From NCBI GenBank assembly GCA_045543375.1, contig JAZQMI010000119.1:5236-69235 (forward strand): a stretch of DNA of 64,000 bases. Direction: 5' to 3'. Position numbers and translations under genes: made by a program. Under the pieces are notes generated by a model. It was not told the origin of the DNA. It saw only the letters and a list, made by a program, of their open reading frames with translations, and ran no database searches. Of this stretch, positions 51,899 through 61,311 are shown one piece after another. Origin of the DNA: Eubacteriales bacterium (GTDB lineage Bacteria > Bacillota > Clostridia > Oscillospirales > CAG-272). Every line of letters begins with the position of its first letter. Position 1 is the stretch's first letter.

Positions 51899-53065
51899 TC
51901 AGTTCGTCTTCTTATCGTTCAGATTTGCCTTGTGCTTATCCAGCAGCGTATGGATGCGCTTGACGGGATCGAGCAGACCGCTGATGGTGCGGTCGTGGTT
52001 GAGCGTGTCAATCAGGTAGGCCACGTACTTGCACATGTTGACCTCGCAGTACCAAGGCTTGTCGGTCAGGCCGGGGCGATGGTAGACCAGGTTGGTCGTA
52101 AAGATCTTATCAATCACGCCGTCCTCGTATGCCTTATCAAACTTATCAAATCCCTCGGTAAACAGACCAAAGGTGGCAAAGTTGAAGATGCGCTTGGCAC
52201 CCTTTTCCTTGAGCTGAAGTGCTACGTCAATGAGCGATTCGCCGGATGCGATCATGTCATCAACGATGATCACGTCCTTACCCTTAACGCTTCTGCCAAG
52301 ATACTCGTGAGCCTCGATGGGGTTACGTCCGTTGATGACAACCGAATAGTTGCGGCGCTTGTAGAACATACCGATATCCAGACCCAGCACCGAAGAATAG
52401 TACATCGAGCGCTGCATAGCTCCCTCGTCGGGCGAGATCATCATCAGATGCTCCTTTTCGAGCTCGATGTCGGGATAGGCACGGACTAGTGCCTTGATCA
52501 TCTGATAGGTGGGCATGATATTGTCAAAACCGTTAAGAGGCACAGCATTGCAAATACGGGCATCGTGAGCATCGAAGGTCAGGATATCGGATACGCCCAT
52601 ATGAACAAGCTCTTGCAGCATCAATGCACAGTCAAGCGACTCGCGAGAAGAACGCTTGTGCTGACGGCCCTCATAGAGCATGGGCATAATGACAGTAATG
52701 CGTCTTGCCTTGCCGGCGATCGCTGCGATGATGCGCTTCAGATCGGCATAATGATCGTCGGGACTCATAGGAATCGTCTGTCCGTACATTTTATAGGTCA
52801 CGCCGTAATTGAAGATGTCACAGATGATATAGACGTCGTTACCGCGCATGGAGGAATAAAGCATTCCCTTTGCTTCGCCCGTTCCGAAACGGGGACAATC
52901 AACGCGGGCGAGATAGGTTTCTTCACTATCGTGTCTGCGCCATTCTCTCAGATAATAATCGACTTGTTTGGCAAACTCCTCGCATCCCTTCATGCAAATG
53001 ACGCTTAACTGTGCATATACTTCTTCCTTCATAACGCGTGCCCTCTCTTCGTCATATATTGTCAC
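51899..53065 (-). CDS. prs: ribose-phosphate pyrophosphokinase (long form)
   Basis: The PRPP-binding loop VIIVDDMIASGESL and the flexible-loop region ...YEGRQHKR... are present, with overall Prs layout. It has longer N- and C-terminal extensions than canonical Prs. Confidence 0.8.
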   Translation of the reverse strand: MTIYDEERARVMKEEVYAQLSVICMKGCEEFAKQVDYYLREWRRHDSEETYLARVDCPRFGTGEAKGMLYSSMRGNDVYIICDIFNYGVTYKMYGQTIPMSPDDHYADLKRIIAAIAGKARRITVIMPMLYEGRQHKRSSRESLDCALMLQELVHMGVSDILTFDAHDARICNAVPLNGFDNIMPTYQMIKALVRAYPDIELEKEHLMMISPDEGAMQRSMYYSSVLGLDIGMFYKRRNYSVVINGRNPIEAHEYLGRSVKGKDVIIVDDMIASGESLIDVALQLKEKGAKRIFNFATFGLFTEGFDKFDKAYEDGVIDKIFTTNLVYHRPGLTDKPWYCEVNMCKYVAYLIDTLNHDRTISGLLDPVKRIHTLLDKHKANLNDKKTN

Positions 53066-53142
53066 GTATTCTCGGACTGTGCCGATCTTTACCTGACAAT
53101 TATATCATACCTTACCTGAAAAGTAAATACCTTCTTGAAAAT

Positions 53143-53385
53143 TTATTTCATATCTTCAAGTATATCATCGAGCGTGCACGGCGTGACCTTGCCGCGTCGG
53201 ATCATTTGATATAATTCGAATGCCCGTTTGCGATTCTGACACGGAAGTCGTCTGATGCTTTGTTCTTTCCCGAACCGGACTTGAACATAATATACCCATT
53301 CTCCGTCGTTCATCTTCATGTGCAAAAGACGGTAACGCACCGTACGCGAGTGCGTGGGTTTTAGCGTGAGATTTAAGGTTGTCAT
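53143..53385 (-). CDS. hypothetical small protein (80 aa)
   Basis: ATG preceded by AGGAGAA, with a TGTTATAAT extended -10 box upstream. No family was recognised. Confidence 0.55.
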   Translation of the reverse strand: MTTLNLTLKPTHSRTVRYRLLHMKMNDGEWVYYVQVRFGKEQSIRRLPCQNRKRAFELYQMIRRGKVTPCTLDDILEDMK

Positions 53386-53796
53386 AGTTTTCTCCTATTG
53401 CTGAAAAAGTGGTTGGCGTGGGGGGATACGCCGCAAAACTATTATAACACAAGTTCTATTGCTGCTTTTTTGTACCTTTACCGACCGTTTTTGTTCGTTT
53501 TGCTGCATAAATTCGGCAAAATAACGTATCAAAGGTTCGACGGGAAACAACAACGCCCATCATACTCCTATCATTCGACAAAATACCACGCGTATTTTTC
53601 GCCTTCGTTCACCAATTGTTTACATTTGGGGCTGTTATTCCTCGTCGTGCGCGGCTGCTTTTTCATGCCGTTCCAATATTTGATGTGTGGACTTTTCTTG
53701 CTGTATATGGTATAATTGAATTAAGATATCGGACGGTTCGCAAAAAAAGTGTTTAAAAAATTTTTTCTTGTAAAAATAACGAAGGCGGTATACATA

Positions 53797-54057
53797 ATGA
53801 CAAAAATTCTCGAATATTTTCGTGCACTCCGACACATCAGCGACATTTCTGCTCTGGTTTTGAAATCGGGTATGTTTTTCGTTTGTCTGCAGGCGGCGGT
53901 CTTGACCATCGAGGTCCACGATATGATACAGCACAATCCTCTCCTCGTCCCACTATACTATCCCCCGTTGCTCGAATACGTGGCGCTACCCTTTGTGATC
54001 GTTGTAGCAGGTGCGCTTTTGTTCGACGCTTTGGAAAGAGAAAAAGCAGACCGCTGA
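53797..54057 (+). CDS. hypothetical small membrane protein (86 aa, two TM helices)
   Basis: Internal ATG 53797 of the track ORF 53749..54057, with GAAGGCGG upstream. It has two hydrophobic segments. Confidence 0.45.
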   Translation: MTKILEYFRALRHISDISALVLKSGMFFVCLQAAVLTIEVHDMIQHNPLLVPLYYPPLLEYVALPFVIVVAGALLFDALEREKADR

Positions 54058-54076
54058 AGCGGTCTGCTTTTTTATT
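54042..54076. terminator. bidirectional intrinsic terminator closing the helicase operon
   Basis: AAGCAGACCGC / GCGGTCTGCTT stem with a TGAA loop, flanked by AAAAA and TTTTTT. Confidence 0.88.
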
Positions 54077-56364
54077 TATTCTTCCATTTCCCACTGCATC
54101 ACGCGTTCGACGAGCTCGTCTGCGCGCAGGCGATCGGTTGCATAGGCGCGGCGCAGCAGCTCAACGGGGATACAGTCGTCATACTTTTCGAACACGGGAA
54201 TTTCACCGTGCTCAACCAAAGACATGCAGTCAATTCCCTCTCCCCTTACCTTGTCGGCAAGACGCCCAAGCCATGCGCGCGAATCGGGCTCGGTCATTTT
54301 GAAGGTCATATAGTTACACCCCTCAAACTCGATTGAGGACACCCCAAGCTCGCTTGCATGCTGCTTCAGATACTTTCGGCAGGTGCGGAACGAGCGCGTG
54401 CCAAGCCAAGGGAATAAGCACCAGCTATAGCCTCCAAGGTGCACAAGCGAATGGCGAAGCATGCCTGTGTTTCTCGCCACGTGACGGGCGTTTTCAAGGC
54501 GCTCGCGCGCATTTTCCATGAGATAAGGATAAACGGTATCCTCCTCCAGAACGCGGCGCATACGCTCAAGGATCTTGGTGTGGATCTCGCCGTAGTCGCC
54601 CGGCCAGGAAACCTCCATTTTACCGAGCACACTTTTGACGTAGATCAGCTTATGCGCAATATCAAGCTCCTCGACCTCCCACACGCGCCCTGCCAGCGCA
54701 AAACGGTCGCCCACGGGCGGCGGCGTGGTGATGGTACCGATCTCGTCCGAGCCGCAGCGGACAGTATAATCCTCGCTGTCCTTGAAGACGGCGTAAAACT
54801 TGAAGCTTTTGATCAGGCGCTCCCCGCGCAAGCCCACGATAAGACCCTTTTCCTCTGCCATTTCCAAGTACTCTTGCTGTACCATGGAAACGAGCAGCGT
54901 GCGATAATCCTCTTTGCTGACGGCGCTGAACGGCGGCAGCGTAAGAATTCGTTCAGCCAGGCGTTTCGGGGACAGTTCGCCCGATGCGGCGAGCATGCTC
55001 AGCGTTTGGTGGAATAAAAGGCTCATGGGCATCTGTCTGATGCTTGGCGGCTCGATGAAGCGTTCCTCAATATAAAGCTGAATAATAGCGATCGCACGCA
55101 AAAGCTCCCACGGGATCAGTTGCGGCAGCGGTGTGTTAGGCAGCGCATCCTCCTCACGGAAGACCATCATCATCTCGGGCGGCTGCCCGCGGCGTCCCGA
55201 GCGACCAAGACGCTGCAAAAAGGACGAAACCGAGGTCGGCGCTTGACTTTGCAGCACACGCTCCAGCCGTCCGATATCAATGCCGAGCTCCATGGTGACC
55301 GTTGCGCAGGTGACCGCCATACGCTCCTCGTCCTTCATGCTCATCTCGGCCTCCTCGCGAATGGCGGCCGACAGATTTCCGTGGTGAATAAGGAATACGT
55401 CGGGCTCGCCGCGCGCGGCGGCGATCTGACGGAAGGTGGCCGTCAGATATTCCGTTTCCTCGCGAGAATTGGAAAATACGAGGGACTTGCAATCCTTGAC
55501 ACAGTCATACATATATTCATAGCCTGCATCAAGCTTAGCCACGGCATCGGGAGATTTCACCTTGCCCTCGGCTGCCTGCTTCATCTGTTGCGCGGGACGG
55601 TTGACAGCATCGTGCGTCTGGTTCGCTTTGGCATTCTGAATATAAAAATGTTCCAGTCCAAGTCGCCAACGGATCGTCCCTTGCGAAAATACGGGAACGT
55701 CCACCTCGATCAGAGAGCCTCCTGCTAACCATGCGGCGGCAAGTCCCGCATCACCGACCGTTGCAGAAAGTCCGATGCGGCGCGGCTCATGACCGATAAG
55801 GCGCGACAGTCGTGTCATCTGACAAATGATCTGATTTCCTCGATCACTGCCAGTCAGGGTATGAATCTCGTCTACGACGATATAGCGTAAATCAGAAAAC
55901 AATCGCACGATATCGTTGGAACGGTTCATGAGCATGGATTCAAGCGATTCGGGCGTGATCTGCAAAATCCCTTTAGGATTTTCGAGCAGCTTGCGCTTGT
56001 GCGAGGCGGCGACGTCGCCGTGCCAATGCGTGACAGCGATGCCCGTCTGTTCAAGCAACTCATCCATACGGGAAAACTGATCGTTGATCAAGCTTTTGAG
56101 CGGTGCGATATATAGGGCTCCGATACTGTGCGGAGGATTCTCCCACAAATCGGCAAGAATGGGAAAAAAGACTGCTTCGGTCTTGCCGCTGGCCGTCGAT
56201 GAAGTCAACAGCAAATGGTGATCGCTGTCAAACAGCGTTCGCGCCGCCGCGATCTGCACGGCGCGCAAAGAATCCCATGAGTGTCGATAAATAAATTCGC
56301 GAATAAAGTCGGGGAACCGCTCGAAAATCAGCTCAGCTTCCCTTCCGACGTCAAGCTCTTGCAT
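54076..56364 (-). CDS. sngC: SF2 DEAD/DEAH-box helicase, Lhr/BrxHI-like (Shango SngC-like)
   Basis: 762 aa with motif I TASGKTEA, motif II VVDEIH, motif III LSATVGD, motif VI QRLGRSGRRG and a long C-terminal extension. The symbol is assigned by operon context only. Confidence 0.8.
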   Translation of the reverse strand: MQELDVGREAELIFERFPDFIREFIYRHSWDSLRAVQIAAARTLFDSDHHLLLTSSTASGKTEAVFFPILADLWENPPHSIGALYIAPLKSLINDQFSRMDELLEQTGIAVTHWHGDVAASHKRKLLENPKGILQITPESLESMLMNRSNDIVRLFSDLRYIVVDEIHTLTGSDRGNQIICQMTRLSRLIGHEPRRIGLSATVGDAGLAAAWLAGGSLIEVDVPVFSQGTIRWRLGLEHFYIQNAKANQTHDAVNRPAQQMKQAAEGKVKSPDAVAKLDAGYEYMYDCVKDCKSLVFSNSREETEYLTATFRQIAAARGEPDVFLIHHGNLSAAIREEAEMSMKDEERMAVTCATVTMELGIDIGRLERVLQSQAPTSVSSFLQRLGRSGRRGQPPEMMMVFREEDALPNTPLPQLIPWELLRAIAIIQLYIEERFIEPPSIRQMPMSLLFHQTLSMLAASGELSPKRLAERILTLPPFSAVSKEDYRTLLVSMVQQEYLEMAEEKGLIVGLRGERLIKSFKFYAVFKDSEDYTVRCGSDEIGTITTPPPVGDRFALAGRVWEVEELDIAHKLIYVKSVLGKMEVSWPGDYGEIHTKILERMRRVLEEDTVYPYLMENARERLENARHVARNTGMLRHSLVHLGGYSWCLFPWLGTRSFRTCRKYLKQHASELGVSSIEFEGCNYMTFKMTEPDSRAWLGRLADKVRGEGIDCMSLVEHGEIPVFEKYDDCIPVELLRRAYATDRLRADELVERVMQWEMEE

Positions 56365-56388
56365 CAGGATACCTCCTTTGCCCGTTGA

Positions 56389-57795
56389 TCAAAATTCAAT
56401 GTCCTGCGGTCTGAAATTGATCTTGGCAGAACCGTTCGCCGCTTGTGCGGCCAGATGTTCAACCTCTTGCTCCTCCTCAATCTGCTGATCCGTTTTGAGC
56501 GTAACGGCGCTGCCGATCACGTCCTCAAAGCGCGCGTCGGCGTTTTGCATCAGAATGTGCAGAACAGTCATATAGTCACGCAGCATTTCACGCGGCGTGA
56601 TCATGCTGTCCGCGCCCGCACGGGATAGACACAGCTTCAAAAAGCTTTGCATCTGCTCCATGGTGATGCGCGGCTCCCAGTCGTAGCACTGGGCGTGCAG
56701 ATGTGTGATACGCACGATCAAGGCCAGCAATTCGTCGTCACTCAAGCGGCGCAGACGAATGACGGGGCCAATCAGATTCTTATAGCCCTCGGCAGAAAAA
56801 CGACTGTCGCAAAGACGGCTGCGCAGCGCCTCATAGCTGAACAGCCCTCGACGGTTGTCCTCAAGGAATTGAGGAGTACCGCCCAGAATCAGTTCAAGTC
56901 CGGGAGCGCGTCCTTGCAGCGTATCGTTGAACATCGAAAGGATCTTCTCATAATTGTTCTCACGGCTGATTCGATGTGCGATCTTGTAAAGGTTGACGCA
57001 TTCGTCGATAAAGACGACCAGCCCGCGATACCCCATCAGGCGAACGAGTGCCGCCCAGAGCTTAAGAAAATCGTACCAGTTATCATCGTCAATCACAACA
57101 GATACGGCAAAACCAAGTGCTGCGCGTGCCTCCGTCTTGTTGGCGAATTCGCCGCGCAGCCAACGAAGGCAGGCACTCTTTTTCTGCTCGGCGGCCCATT
57201 CGTCCTGCTCGTTCCACGCTTCAAAATATGCCGTGATGACCTTGGAAAAGTCAAAGCCGCCAACGAAAAATTCCATTTCGCGCAGCTTTTCAAAAACCAG
57301 AGATCGAAGCCGCGCACTGAAATTCGGTGCATCGGGCGTAATACCCTCCTCCATCAACTCGGATTGCAGCGCGGTCAGCCAGCGCGCAAGAATTTTCGGC
57401 AGCGCGGCACCGTCGGGTGAAGATTTGGAGGCGAGATTTTTCATCAGTTCGCGGTAGGTTGCCACACCGCTGCCACCGCTGCCGTAAAGGCGGCGTTCGG
57501 GTGACAGATCGGCGTCAGCCGTTACGAAATCGCGCTCAAGCGCATAACCGCGAACGAGCTGCATCAGAAAGCTTTTGCCGCTACCGTAGCGACCGATGAG
57601 AAAGCGCATGCCGCCTCCTCCCTCACTGACCGATTCCAGATCGGTCAGAAATGCGCCGATCTCATCGTTGCGACCGATGGCGATATAAGGCGCACCCGCG
57701 CGCGGTACGACACCGGCAGACACGGACGAGAGCAGCGAGCTCAATATACGCTTTGGAACGCGTTGCAGCGTGGAATTGTTTTGAGATTCAGTCAT
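56389..57795 (-). CDS. sngB: P-loop ATPase of the DUF2791 / BrxD type (Shango SngB-like)
   Basis: 468 aa with Walker A GRYGSGKSF and Walker B LVVFIDE. The overall layout recalls BREX BrxD / DUF2791 proteins. The family call is from memory. Confidence 0.7.
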   Translation of the reverse strand: MTESQNNSTLQRVPKRILSSLLSSVSAGVVPRAGAPYIAIGRNDEIGAFLTDLESVSEGGGGMRFLIGRYGSGKSFLMQLVRGYALERDFVTADADLSPERRLYGSGGSGVATYRELMKNLASKSSPDGAALPKILARWLTALQSELMEEGITPDAPNFSARLRSLVFEKLREMEFFVGGFDFSKVITAYFEAWNEQDEWAAEQKKSACLRWLRGEFANKTEARAALGFAVSVVIDDDNWYDFLKLWAALVRLMGYRGLVVFIDECVNLYKIAHRISRENNYEKILSMFNDTLQGRAPGLELILGGTPQFLEDNRRGLFSYEALRSRLCDSRFSAEGYKNLIGPVIRLRRLSDDELLALIVRITHLHAQCYDWEPRITMEQMQSFLKLCLSRAGADSMITPREMLRDYMTVLHILMQNADARFEDVIGSAVTLKTDQQIEEEQEVEHLAAQAANGSAKINFRPQDIEF

Positions 57796-57810
57796 GTGAC
57801 GTGCTCCTCC

Positions 57811-58608
57811 TTACCATTTGTGACCGCAATGATGATACGGTGTACCGACAAATCCGATTTGAGTGAAATCCTCGGGGTTGTGGCGAATGATATAGTCGAT
57901 ATAAGAGGCAAACATTTTGGCCGTGATGAGATATCCCGCCGCGTTGAGATGCCCGCCCAGATAGAAGTGTTTGCGGAACTCCTCGTCATAGACGGGACCG
58001 TATTTGCCGAGATCAATCACGTAGGTGTATTCAAAGAGTGCCGCGATCTCGTGCATAAGTTCTCCGTGACGGACGGTATGCGCAGTTCTTTGCGCGTCCG
58101 CTCCCCCCTCGCGAGGGCGACCGACGAGAAAAATGCGCGCTTTGGGCTGCATTTGCTTGAGCTTGCACAAAATGCGTCCCAAATATCCGGCATAAGTGTT
58201 GGCATTATTTTCGGGATGCTCAAGGTCAATATCATTGACACTGCCTGTTTCGATCTGCTTGGCATCGTTGACACCGAGCGCAACAATATACGCCTGGCAA
58301 GCATTCTCCGCCTTCCAGCAGCCGCATTCCTCGCCGTAGCTGTCCCAAAACCACTTGGCGGTCATGCCTCCGCGTGAAAAATTGATGGCACGGCTGCCTG
58401 ACATTCGAGCCAGATACTGTCCCCAGGAATATTCGTAATAGTCGTGAAAGCCTCTGTTACCGTCCTCATCGAGCGATTCGTGCTCGCCTGAGGCAAGACT
58501 GTCGCCAATACAGCCGATGGTGCGGAAGATGGCACAAAAGCCACCGTCGCTGACCATGCGGTCAAGCGGCTTTTCGTTTATATCTGAATAAAATTCACGG
58601 ATGTTCAT
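57811..58608 (-). CDS. SGNH/GDSL-family hydrolase (esterase)
   Basis: Block I IGDSLASG, block II-like FSRGG, block III GVND and block V GGHLN are present. The preferred start is ATG 58608 with GAGGTG upstream; the track start 58659 would overlap the upstream gene by 41 nt. Confidence 0.8.
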   Translation of the reverse strand: MNIREFYSDINEKPLDRMVSDGGFCAIFRTIGCIGDSLASGEHESLDEDGNRGFHDYYEYSWGQYLARMSGSRAINFSRGGMTAKWFWDSYGEECGCWKAENACQAYIVALGVNDAKQIETGSVNDIDLEHPENNANTYAGYLGRILCKLKQMQPKARIFLVGRPREGGADAQRTAHTVRHGELMHEIAALFEYTYVIDLGKYGPVYDEEFRKHFYLGGHLNAAGYLITAKMFASYIDYIIRHNPEDFTQIGFVGTPYHHCGHKW

Positions 58609-58618
58609 TCTCTTCACC

Positions 58619-60286
58619 TCACGGATTGTTTTGAAAGGCATCTTGGATTTGCTGCTCATAATCCTCTATCAGGACGTATCCTCCGCCGTCACCCTCTTGC
58701 AAAATGATATCGCCGAAGGCGTCTGCCGCTACTTCGTTGATACGCTCGGCCAGGGCGTCGATCAGCACGCCTTGGCTGCGTGCAATATCACGTTGTTTGG
58801 CAGCGTTAGCATCGCATACGGCGGCAAGAAATTCGCGGTAGGGCTGCAATGCGTCCGTCCAGTCATCGCCTCGTTCAAAGGCTTGGGGCGGCTGCTGCGG
58901 CACTTGAATTTTCAGCTCAACTACCGGTGTGCTGTCCTCGAACGCCTCAATCAACTGCTCGGTAACCGACCAGGACGAGCGCTCGATCTCGGCGGCATGC
59001 TCGGGCGACAGCTCGGTGGTAGGAAGATCGTATAGTGCCTCATAATCAGGGCGTTGTACTTGCTGAAATGCGGAGCTTTTGTGCGAAGGCAATGCTTGCA
59101 TAAAGTATTCATCAAGAACAGTCTTGATCTCGTCGGGCAAGCCGTAGATGGTAAGCTTTGATTTGCTGCCAAAATAGGCGCGCAGCTTATTTTCCGAATA
59201 CTTGAGAATATCGGTGATCAGAAAACGCAGCTCGTGTGAACGTGTAAACGAGCAGTAGTCCACCTCAATGCGTCGCTTCATGTCCGCCGAACACAACGCG
59301 CCGATGAAGGTATCCCGACTGAGCGTCGCCTTTTGCATTTTGGTGGTTGAAAAAGCAATCTGCTTTTGTTCAAGCATGCGTAAAACGGCGGAAAAGGCGC
59401 GTGGAATATGCCTGTCCATCATTTTCTTTTGCTCGTCATTTGCCCGATAGGCCTTACTTTTTCGATAATCGTAATTGGAGCAAAACAGCATATAGACGTC
59501 CGCATCGTGCAACGTATCGTCCCCTGACGGACAAGCGTAAAACTCGCGAAACGAGCTGCTCTCGGTGATCAGTCGCAGATCGTTTGACAAGACATCAATA
59601 GGCGGCGGTAGCTGATGGATCAAGCTGTAATCACAGATCCAGTCCGCCAGATAGCGGTTGAGCAGCGGATAGGTGCTGCGATAATTTTTCCAGATTTCAC
59701 AAAGCGATCGCTGTCCTTCGATCGGCGGAATTTGCTTGGGAAGATTGATGATCTCAAACAAATACAAGAAAATATAGCTATAATCCGTTGGCAGGTAGAT
59801 GCCTGCTCGGGCATTGTCACGCCAGTAGAGATACCACGACAACTGCGCGCGATTCATCTGATCGTATTGCGGCATATAGGAAAAGAACGGCACACTTGGG
59901 CACTCTTTTCCTTTGACGGGAAACATACGTTCTGCCGTGGCGCAAAAGCGCTCGTAAAAGCGAAAGCTCGAACGCCAGCGATACACTCTGATCTCGCGAA
60001 GGAGCGGATGATTGGGAGCGTATACCAGATTCGGCTCGATAGGAGCCCCTTCTGACAGTTCGGTCGGTTCGGAAATATTACGAACCTGCGAGGGCTTGAT
60101 CGGTGCGTCGCTGACCGTGCGTGGATTAGAGGCGGACGGAGGTGCAATTTTGATCTCAACTGCTTCGATTTGCTTTTTCGGAGAGGCGGGGCGAGGCGCA
60201 TTGACAGACTTGGACTTGGGAAGCAGTTGATCAATGTCCCAAAACTCGTCCAATTCTCTGGCACGCTTGTCATTGAAATCACTCAT
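58619..60286 (-). CDS. sngA: TerB-N / TerB-C domain protein (Shango SngA-like)
   Basis: 555 aa. A low-complexity N-terminus is followed by the block ...VPFFSYMPQYDQMNRAQLSWYLYWR.... The acidic C-terminus ...LIDALAERINEVAADAFGDIILQEGDGGGYVLIEDY resembles TerB_N and TerB_C as I remember them. No central TerB four-helix domain is obvious. Confidence 0.6.
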   Translation of the reverse strand: MSDFNDKRARELDEFWDIDQLLPKSKSVNAPRPASPKKQIEAVEIKIAPPSASNPRTVSDAPIKPSQVRNISEPTELSEGAPIEPNLVYAPNHPLLREIRVYRWRSSFRFYERFCATAERMFPVKGKECPSVPFFSYMPQYDQMNRAQLSWYLYWRDNARAGIYLPTDYSYIFLYLFEIINLPKQIPPIEGQRSLCEIWKNYRSTYPLLNRYLADWICDYSLIHQLPPPIDVLSNDLRLITESSSFREFYACPSGDDTLHDADVYMLFCSNYDYRKSKAYRANDEQKKMMDRHIPRAFSAVLRMLEQKQIAFSTTKMQKATLSRDTFIGALCSADMKRRIEVDYCSFTRSHELRFLITDILKYSENKLRAYFGSKSKLTIYGLPDEIKTVLDEYFMQALPSHKSSAFQQVQRPDYEALYDLPTTELSPEHAAEIERSSWSVTEQLIEAFEDSTPVVELKIQVPQQPPQAFERGDDWTDALQPYREFLAAVCDANAAKQRDIARSQGVLIDALAERINEVAADAFGDIILQEGDGGGYVLIEDYEQQIQDAFQNNP

Positions 60287-60319
60287 TTCGGCATCCTCCT
60301 TTCCATTTGGTATCTATAT

Positions 60320-60348
60320 ATTATATCATGCATTTTTTGTCTTGTCAA
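60320..60348 (-). promoter_or_regulatory. consensus sigma-A promoter (TTGACA-17-TATAAT) for the four-gene operon
   Basis: On the minus strand TTGACA is at 60348-60343 and TATAAT at 60325-60320, with a 17-nt spacer. It lies about 30 nt upstream of the GGAGG ribosome-binding site. Confidence 0.75.
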
Positions 60349-60443
60349 TCCGCTTATCATGAATTATGAGTATTTATCTTGACAATTGATGTCATTCCTG
60401 CTATAATTTTTCTATCAAAGTTCTGTATAAGGAGAAAACCATC

Positions 60444-61208
60444 ATGAAAATCACCTTTTTAGGCACAGACACTTGTATTCCCGGTGTTGGAAACGATACC
60501 GCAAGCTATTTGATCAACGACGAGCTTTTGGTAGACGTTGGTTGGAACGTGACGGGAAATCTGCGCCAGGTCGGCGTTGAGGTTTCGTCCGTTCATCATC
60601 TGCTCTTTACGCACATGCACCACGACCACATGATCTCCTTTCCCTCTCTTATCTTCCATTGGACACAGCTGCCTCCCGGCCGTGATGTCAGCCCTCTGAC
60701 CATCTACGGGCCTGACGAAACGCTGGAGCGCGCATTTGAGGGTGTGCTCGCCTTTTTGCAGGCGGATCGTTTTTGGCCCAATCTGAAGAAGCCTACGCTC
60801 ATTCCGCTCAAGGCGCAGGACGAATTCGAAACGGATACACTTCGCATCACCTGCATTCCCAGCGACCACGCCGTTCCGGGGCGCTGCTATCGCATCGTTG
60901 ACAAGCGTGACGGCAAGGTGCTTTGCATGAGCGGCGATACGGCTTACGGTCCTACGCTTGCGCCCTTTTTTAAGGATTGCGATCTGCTCATCCACGAGTT
61001 TTCGGGCGGCATGAGTGAGGTGCGCGGCCTTCCCAGTAAGCACAGTAATGCGATGGATGCCGCAACGGTAGCCAAGGAGGCGAATGCCAAAAAGCTGGCC
61101 ATCGTGCACGGTCCGCTTCACGTTCGTGAAAAGTGTCTGGAGGCTGTCGCCAAGATATACGACGGCGAGCTGATCAGACCGGAACCCCGTATGAGTATTG
61201 AAATTTAA
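60444..61208 (+). CDS. MBL-fold metallo-hydrolase (RNase Z-like)
   Basis: HMHHDH (HxHxDH) motif. A TTGACA-17-TATAAT promoter lies at about 60379-60407. Confidence 0.85.
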   Translation: MKITFLGTDTCIPGVGNDTASYLINDELLVDVGWNVTGNLRQVGVEVSSVHHLLFTHMHHDHMISFPSLIFHWTQLPPGRDVSPLTIYGPDETLERAFEGVLAFLQADRFWPNLKKPTLIPLKAQDEFETDTLRITCIPSDHAVPGRCYRIVDKRDGKVLCMSGDTAYGPTLAPFFKDCDLLIHEFSGGMSEVRGLPSKHSNAMDAATVAKEANAKKLAIVHGPLHVREKCLEAVAKIYDGELIRPEPRMSIEI

Positions 61209-61211
61209 GTC

Positions 61212-61270
61212 GAAAACGACACGGAAATCAGAGATTTTTTTCTTTCCCTCTTGAAATCCGTGTCGTTTTT
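61212..61270 (+). terminator. long-loop hairpin terminator
   Basis: 14-bp stem GAAAACGACACGGA / TCCGTGTCGTTTTC with a loop of about 31 nt, ending in a T run. Confidence 0.55.
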
Positions 61271-61311
61271 CTATATAATATAATCAGCAAGCCAAGAAAC
61301 GAGGTGCATTT

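Noticed and set aside
53456-53563. A 35-codon Lys/Arg-rich small ORF (MMGVVVSRRTFDTLFCRIYAAKRTKTVGKGTKKQQ) with an AGGAG ribosome-binding site, upstream of the 80-aa gene. It could be a toxin-like or leader peptide.
   Set aside because: It is too short to evaluate without conservation or ribosome profiling, no partner antitoxin or structured RNA is evident, and it may be a chance ORF in an AT-rich spacer.
58609-58659. The track start (58659) for the SGNH ORF, which would give a 41-nt overlap with the TerB-like gene.
   Set aside because: The extra 17 codons (MSSKSKMPFKTIREVKR) have no ribosome-binding site and lie inside the upstream coding frame. ATG 58608 has a well-spaced GAGGTG.
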